The notes below the pieces were generated by a model. That model was given only the letters and a program-made list of their open reading frames with translations, was not told where the DNA came from and made no database searches. Shown here piece by piece: positions 58,686-64,000 of a DNA stretch of 64,000 nucleotides; position 1 is the first letter of the stretch; every line of letters starts with the position of its first letter. The stretch is from Utricularia gibba (lineage: Eukaryota > Plantae > Magnoliophyta): contig NEEC01000015.1 in NCBI GenBank assembly GCA_002189035.1, forward strand, positions 186,001-250,000, in the 5' to 3' direction. A program made the position numbers and the translations under genes.

Positions 58686-59989
58686 ACGATGCTACCCTAC
58701 AAAAGCCCGTATTTAAGCAGCGCATCATAAAATATCTAGTTGGGATTTAGGCGTCAACTGCGTTTGAAAATTAGCGGTTGAGTGGCGGTGTTCAGTGATT
58801 TGTCGTGCGTCTACGGAGATCCGTTTTGTGGCGTATCTTCCCGCAGATCCTCACCGATTCACGCTCAACTTGATGTTCTTCCGGTAGCTGTTGGCGAGTA
58901 TCAAGTGAAGGTTGGGGAGTTTCACGATTCGCTAATCCGGAGGAGTTGCTTGTGTTACTGACATGTACTTCCACGATTCTATCCTAATCTTGATTTTCCC
59001 TACGAGACGAGTCTAATCGGGCAATAAGATGCCGTATGTGGAGGGAGATGTGACGATTGTTCTTTGTTCCTCCGCCGATCAAGCTCTTCGAAATCTGGTT
59101 CTGAACAGAGTCTAATCGAACTTTCTGGAGAGAATCTGTGGCTGATTTTTGTGTGACCGAAGGCCTGATTTTCTTAAGCAACTTAGTGAGTGATGTGTTG
59201 ATTCTTTTCCTAGTTGCTTAGGTTGAAATATGGATCGATCTCTTTATGGTCGTATTCTTGTTCTTTTGTGTTGCTAGGAGAAAAATTTAAATGAAACCGC
59301 ATCAATGCAGGTGAGTAGTTCTTAGACGAACGAAAGGAAGCAATCAAGGGATGTACATTTCGTCACCAAATGGCGTCAATATTTATGATGATTGCATGAG
59401 CTCCGGTCGGTACCGCTGATGCAATCGCGGTCGCTCTTCGTAGACGATCTTACTCAGTTACAACACTTGAGCGAGCATGCGAGAGGTTCGGATCTGCCTG
59501 TTTTTTTTTTCGAATTTCTTGCCGATTTCCGCGTTTTGGGCACATGCGCCGTTCATGAGCTGTGGGCGAAGGTGAGAAACCTTCACCCCTTTCGACTGAA
59601 CGACTAGCAGTACGGTAAAAACGGCTTAGACTCCGGGGAACACATCGGATATTTTCCATAAATGCTGGCCATCCAGTGCGTCCCGGATCCCACACACGTA
59701 ACCCTTCTTCTCTCACATCACAAACTCTACTGGTATCACCAATAATCTAATTTCTCATCCAGCATATCTTGTTCTCCGATTTGACCCGGGATAGTTTATT
59801 TTCATATTCGTTGTTGCTATTCTCAGATAACCGGAGTGTATGGAGCTGCATTGGTGATACGAGTGATGATATGACCAGGGAATCCAACGATATGAAGGGA
59901 AAACGCGGGGCACCAACATAGCCAAACATGCCTCTTAATCGACGGCCAATGGTAAGAGTGGGTAATCATGATATTCAGGCAATCTATAA

Positions 59990-61400
59990 ACTAGGTATCA
60001 TTATAAAATATTATTAGTTTTCAATAAATTAGATATCTTATTTTTATTAGTATTTTAATGGCAATATTCTTATTATTAAGTATATTAAAAATAGTAAAAT
60101 ACAATGATGCGATATTTATCAGACTCTGTTATTTCAAAAACAAGTCTTCTACTTATTATTTTGAGAATGTTTTAGTTAAAAGCTAATGGTGTAATATTTT
60201 TATATAAATTTAATGAAAAAATCTTATAAAAAATGTGATAATTTCTTATTAAAAAATATGTGTATTAAATTTGATATTATGTTTAAATTATTAATAAGAT
60301 TAGATGTATCCATATATGTACATCGTGAAATTAATTTTATTTATATTTAATTTCAAATAAATCATTTATAAATGATGTTTGGATTGTAATTTATCTATTG
60401 ATTTAAATTTAATGTTAAAGTTAAAATTTTATTTAATATTTTTTCAAGAATATTTTACTATTAACATTTATCTTTAAATCAGCACACATAATTAACTGAT
60501 ATAAATATAAATAAGTATATTATTGATTTATTAAAAATAAAAAGTAGTGTGTAAAATTATCTATTTTAATATTTAATTTGATAGTGAATTAGTTTGGAAT
60601 TATATGTTAGTTATGTTAGTTACAGATATAATTTTTCATTTATGATTTTGTTAATAATAAACATATATTTATGCATTAAATAAATTTAATTACCCTCAAT
60701 ATATTTTTATTTCAAATATCTTTAATTGTCAATTTTTTTATTTTTATTTTTATCAATAAATAGATTGTGTATATTTTCTCTATTTTTCTTGTGTTTAACA
60801 AAATGACATGAATAATGGGAAATAAAATGTCAAAAAGCACCAGAATTCATTTCAAAATTTGTTTGGTCATTATTTTTTTATGATAATACAAATAAAATTG
60901 TTTACAAAAAAAAACACAATATTTTTCAATTTTCTATGTTATTCATATTTAATTTCAAATAAATTAAACATTTAGCACATTTAATTTACAAATATATATT
61001 AGTATAGTTAATACAAAATTAGTCTAGAATGAACGGAAAAAAGTAATAACCTCTGCTTAGAATAAAAATTTTGAAACATAACTAAAATGACTACAAATTA
61101 TAAAATATTGTATAAATTAGATGTATATTAATGAACACCAAATAATACACACGTTTTAAAACATAAACAACTATATGAAACATGATAAACAAAATATCAG
61201 ACTCAAAAACCCTTAAAATTTATCATACTGCGTTTTCCTCATGCTTGGTATGATAGGAATTGAGTTAGATTAGGTTTGCAAAAAAAATATCGAAATACAA
61301 GCACAGTAAAATCATTTAAATAAATAACTAAAATATTTAATATACAGACAAACACAAATACAAATTTCAGCTAAGATTGGAATCCGGTAGCCGTATTTGA
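59990..61400. other. Extremely AT-rich, low-complexity non-coding block
   Basis: Visually dominated by A/T runs with no ORF of 60 aa or more; composition estimated by eye, not computed. Confidence 0.7.
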
Positions 61401-64000
61401 CAGCTCAATTAGATTGGTTTACTATACAAGACAAGTTTAAAATACCCGTTTATGTTGTCGACATATAGCATGCCCAAGTCACTTAAAATACACACTCGCA
61501 TTTCTGATTTTTTATCCAACCCAAAAAATACTATGATTGCAGAACAGCAGACGACATTTGATCCTAGCAAAATATCCACTAGACTACACACACCACATAT
61601 AACAAGAGCAACCTAAGTTTGTTGGTAGTGGTTTTTGAATCATCAAAAAGAAGAAAATAGACTACTCCCTATGAAACTACTATCATGCAGGAGCGTGCAA
61701 CTGAATTAAGAAATTCATGGAATAAATCCCATCCTCACAACACAGAAATGTAGCTTCTAGAAAATCTCACTTTAATCTCACACTCACCATAGCATATTAC
61801 ATCGACGTCCAAGAAACAGTTAAAAAAATCAGGAAATCCACATATACTCCTCCAGCATTACCATTTTCAGACATCTAATACTTTTTTTTTTTTTTTTTGC
61901 TTCAATACTTAAGGCCACTCATGACAAGCAACCACATGATTGAAGTGAATAATATCAAGTTCATATTAAAGAAGTTACGGATAGAAATGTAGGGACAGAA
62001 TAATGATTCTTCAGCATTAGCTAAAAGAGAACTCACATTTTTTTCACACAACATACCCTCTTTATTCCAGCCGAGTTGATTGGTGCCTCAGCTGATGCAG
62101 CATTGTAGATGCTGAATCACGGTCCCCGAGCTCCAAAAAGCCTTTGATGAATGAATATGTCAATAGATTGCATGTGAGACACTCACAGACTCCTGTTACA
62201 TGGAAACATTAAACGCCTTAGACTTCCTACGATTGCTTTTCAGATGAATAACATCACGTGCGAGATTGAGATGAGAATCATAAATGGAAGATCTACATCC
62301 GTTGCAGCTCTGCAGATGCTCAACCGATTGGCGATAACATCACTACATATCCAGAAAATGGTTAGTTAATGTTGTGTAGTTCGAAGAGAAATGGTGGATC
62401 ATCGAGAAAAGAAAAAACGCTACTTGGATTGGTGATTATAGGAACATGGACAACTGACTAGGCCACATCTCGTCAGGGTATGCATGTTTGATGAAACTGA
62501 CTGATGGTTGATTCATACTTAGAGTAACTAGAACACCAACTAGATGTCCTTGATATAGCACACTCCAAGCTCGGACACCAAGAATCTCTGCCTGAAGCAA
62601 ACCTGGATCAGGAATGGAGAATTTACATTAAACTCTCTATCCCACTACAATCAGCAATAGTTAGTCTATAAGAGCGTGACTCAAAAGAAGAGATTCAAAA
62701 TAAAAATCATCTTCAGAGGAAGCACTGCATATTCAACCGTAGCCTCAACACCAGACCACTAATTCTACGCAGAGTTAAGCATACTTGTAGTTGAAATCAC
62801 AGCTTGGAAAAATTACGTCGATGTTATTTTGACAATATGTGGTGCAAATTAACGTGCCATAAGGTGGAAACATCTTGGCAATTTATCTGACCATAAATGC
62901 CTCCTTGAAAGTTCAGAACGTGTGAACGCCGTACACGAGAATCGAAGCTGGCTAGTGCCACACTCTTCATAAAATGAGGTAATCCGGAAGTACTGCGACG
63001 GCAACAAAACGCGATCTAAGAGAGGTACCGTAGGGCCTTGACCTTGAGTGATTTCCCCGTGTAGATCGGGATGCTTCCTACGAATTGTACACTAAAGCGT
63101 TATTAAACTGAAAATGAACCGCCGCTGTCGTCATCTCCATGAATACTAGGCATTTTACTCCCGATCCATGAGAGTTCAAGCGCCCACGAGTGAAGTAACG
63201 GCGTTTTCTAAGGTTTCTCGGTTATAACACCTTCTCGAAACGCTCTTTCTGGAAACAATCGCAACCGGAAGTGATCCGCGCAAAGCGTTGAAAGGATTCT
63301 CATCCTCAACACACGATAACTCCTCCATGAGATTCCTCACCTTCACCCGCCCCTCGGCGACCGCCTCTTTTTTCCCGCTGCATTTCGGCCAATGGCTCGG
63401 TCAAGTTCAGAATTCAAAGTTCTTCTTATAAATTAATTAATGAAAAAACACACAATTTCTTTTTTTTTTTCCTACCTATCAACTAAATATAGCATCTTAT
63501 CCAAACACGGCAATATTGGAAAATAGAACAATTTATAAATAAATTAATCAACCGTACGTAATTCCAAATACCTGCATCTGTGAATAAACACATGGCATGA
63601 CTTGAGGAGATCGATTCATACTAAGGCACAGGCAGGGGTTTGATGGTAACACAAGAAGTAGGAATCGGGTGCAATCTTTATAGGGAGCAGATCACCTGGA
63701 AGCAACTCCGGTTTCAGAGTCTGCAAGTTCAACAGATTCCCATTGAGCAGATCAGCATTGCTCTGGATGTGTCCAACCATGGGACTCACATAGTGTTCTT
63801 CTCTTTTGCTTGAGGCAGCAGTCTTCATGTCGCCTCCAAGTTCGAGTCATTCGGTACCCAAACTCCGAATCTCATCGAATTCGACAGGTGATCTGACGCA
63901 GTGCCACTACATTCTGTGAAACAAACTCATAATTATGTAATAGTGATCTGAAGCTGCGTTGATCTGATGGGAGCACTGGACTTGATAACATAGCATCTGC

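Noticed and set aside
63616-63828. 70-aa minus-strand ORF near the right edge
   Set aside because: No recognisable motif, an in-frame stop lies just upstream, and there is no supporting splice model.
1-64000. CRISPR arrays, rRNA/tRNA genes, intact LTR or DNA transposons
   Set aside because: None seen; the sequence is eukaryotic nuclear DNA with spliceosomal introns and I found no transposase, gag/pol or regularly spaced repeats.

Overview
Gene-dense segment of a eudicot plant nuclear genome. I can support 19 spliced or intronless protein-coding genes in the first ~58.5 kb. In order: HD-Zip I (cut by the left edge), RLCK-VII PBL34/35/36-type kinase, VDAC, ESS2/DGCR14, LRR-VI pseudokinase RLK, PBL2/3-type kinase, ATHB13-type HD-Zip I, sucrose transporter SUT2, PRE/ILI HLH, SKIP11-type F-box/kelch, a small acidic protein with an LLEASDDELG motif, CAAX/Abi protease, DMP8/9-type gamete-fusion protein, aminoacylase-1, MYB105/117-type R2R3-MYB, a RING protein, TPR+SET protein (ATXR1/SDG35-type), APC2 and a MIXTA-type R2R3-MYB. 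Introns are mostly ~70-150 nt, intergenic gaps are often ~300 nt, and I saw no intact transposon, rRNA, tRNA or CRISPR. This is consistent with a miniature plant genome such as a Lentibulariaceae species (inference only). Main oddities: (1) five conserved genes are each broken by a single missing base in a 4-5 nt G/C run, most likely long-read consensus error. (2) The RING gene has ACG where the initiator Met of an MGxxCC N-terminus is expected, with no in-frame AUG available. (3) Three orphan promoter-like islands (site II, telo-box, E2F, TCP) have no recognisable gene. (4) The last APC2 intron ends in a synonymous copy of the following exon's first motif. (5) The aminoacylase gene is intronless. 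All homologue names and Arabidopsis IDs are recalled from memory, not from a search, and exon boundaries were read by eye.
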